This document shows positions 63,923-64,000 of a DNA stretch of 64,000 nt, one piece after another; position 1 is the stretch's first letter; each line of letters starts with the position of its first letter. The position numbers and the translations under genes were made by a program. The DNA is taken from assembly GCA_027491085.1 (NCBI GenBank), contig JAIXWW010000014.1, forward strand, positions 79,414 through 143,413, in the 5' to 3' direction. This DNA comes from Bacteroidota bacterium (lineage in GTDB: Bacteria > Bacteroidota > Bacteroidia > UKL13-3). Below the pieces are notes generated by a model. That model did not search any database. It saw only the letters and a program-made list of their open reading frames with translations, and was not told the DNA's origin.

Positions 63923-64000
63923 TGTTTGTGGATATGTTTATTTTATATGCCAACAAATTAATGAGTTTTGAGGCAAATAGCTACTATGAATTAAGCGATT

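Noticed and set aside
63925-63935. TGTGGATAT, a near match to a DnaA box, raising the possibility of a replication origin.
   Set aside because: It is a single imperfect box with no cluster, no adjacent AT-rich unwinding element pattern and no dnaA or dnaN nearby.

Overview
This 64 kb chromosomal segment comes from a low-GC member of the Bacteroidota. I infer the phylum from four things: T9SS-type C-terminal sorting domains on two large secreted proteins, TAnnTTTG-type -7 promoter boxes without Shine-Dalgarno sites, an atpZ-atpBEFHAG operon lacking atpDC, and a GH31/GT4/GH57 alpha-glucan gene set. I support about 60 protein genes, one tRNA(CAT), one truncated gene at the left edge and one decayed gene relic. 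Most genes are housekeeping: dut, purS, pssA, rpsT, radC, rluD, prmA, pyrD, the F-ATPase operon, murF, kup, glyA and cysS. The rest are envelope and secreted-protein genes. I saw no rRNA, CRISPR array, transposase, integrase or phage genes. No compelling multi-gene novel system is evident. The most unusual signals are these. (1) An orphan AAA-ATPase/DUF234-type gene is bracketed by two direct copies of a 42-44 nt perfect palindrome, giving a hairpin-gene-hairpin cassette (36903-38422). (2) A family of degenerate short-word repeats (GTTGATNG, AATAGGC and CAATTCAGC types) fills at least seven intergenic spacers, some arranged as T/G-rich versus A/C-rich opposing arms. (3) A lipoprotein / small Trp-rich secreted protein / paralogous lipoprotein cassette, with twin AATAC-N10-GTATT sites upstream, is inserted inside the alpha-glucan locus. 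Further signals: a compound nested inverted repeat between cysS and a PIG-L deacetylase gene, a C9 tract, a GC-rich hairpin island in a 470 bp gene-free convergent spacer, and a LysM gene relic. All functional calls come from motif recognition by eye, with no database search, so coordinates of small elements and homopolymer lengths may be off by 1-2 nt.
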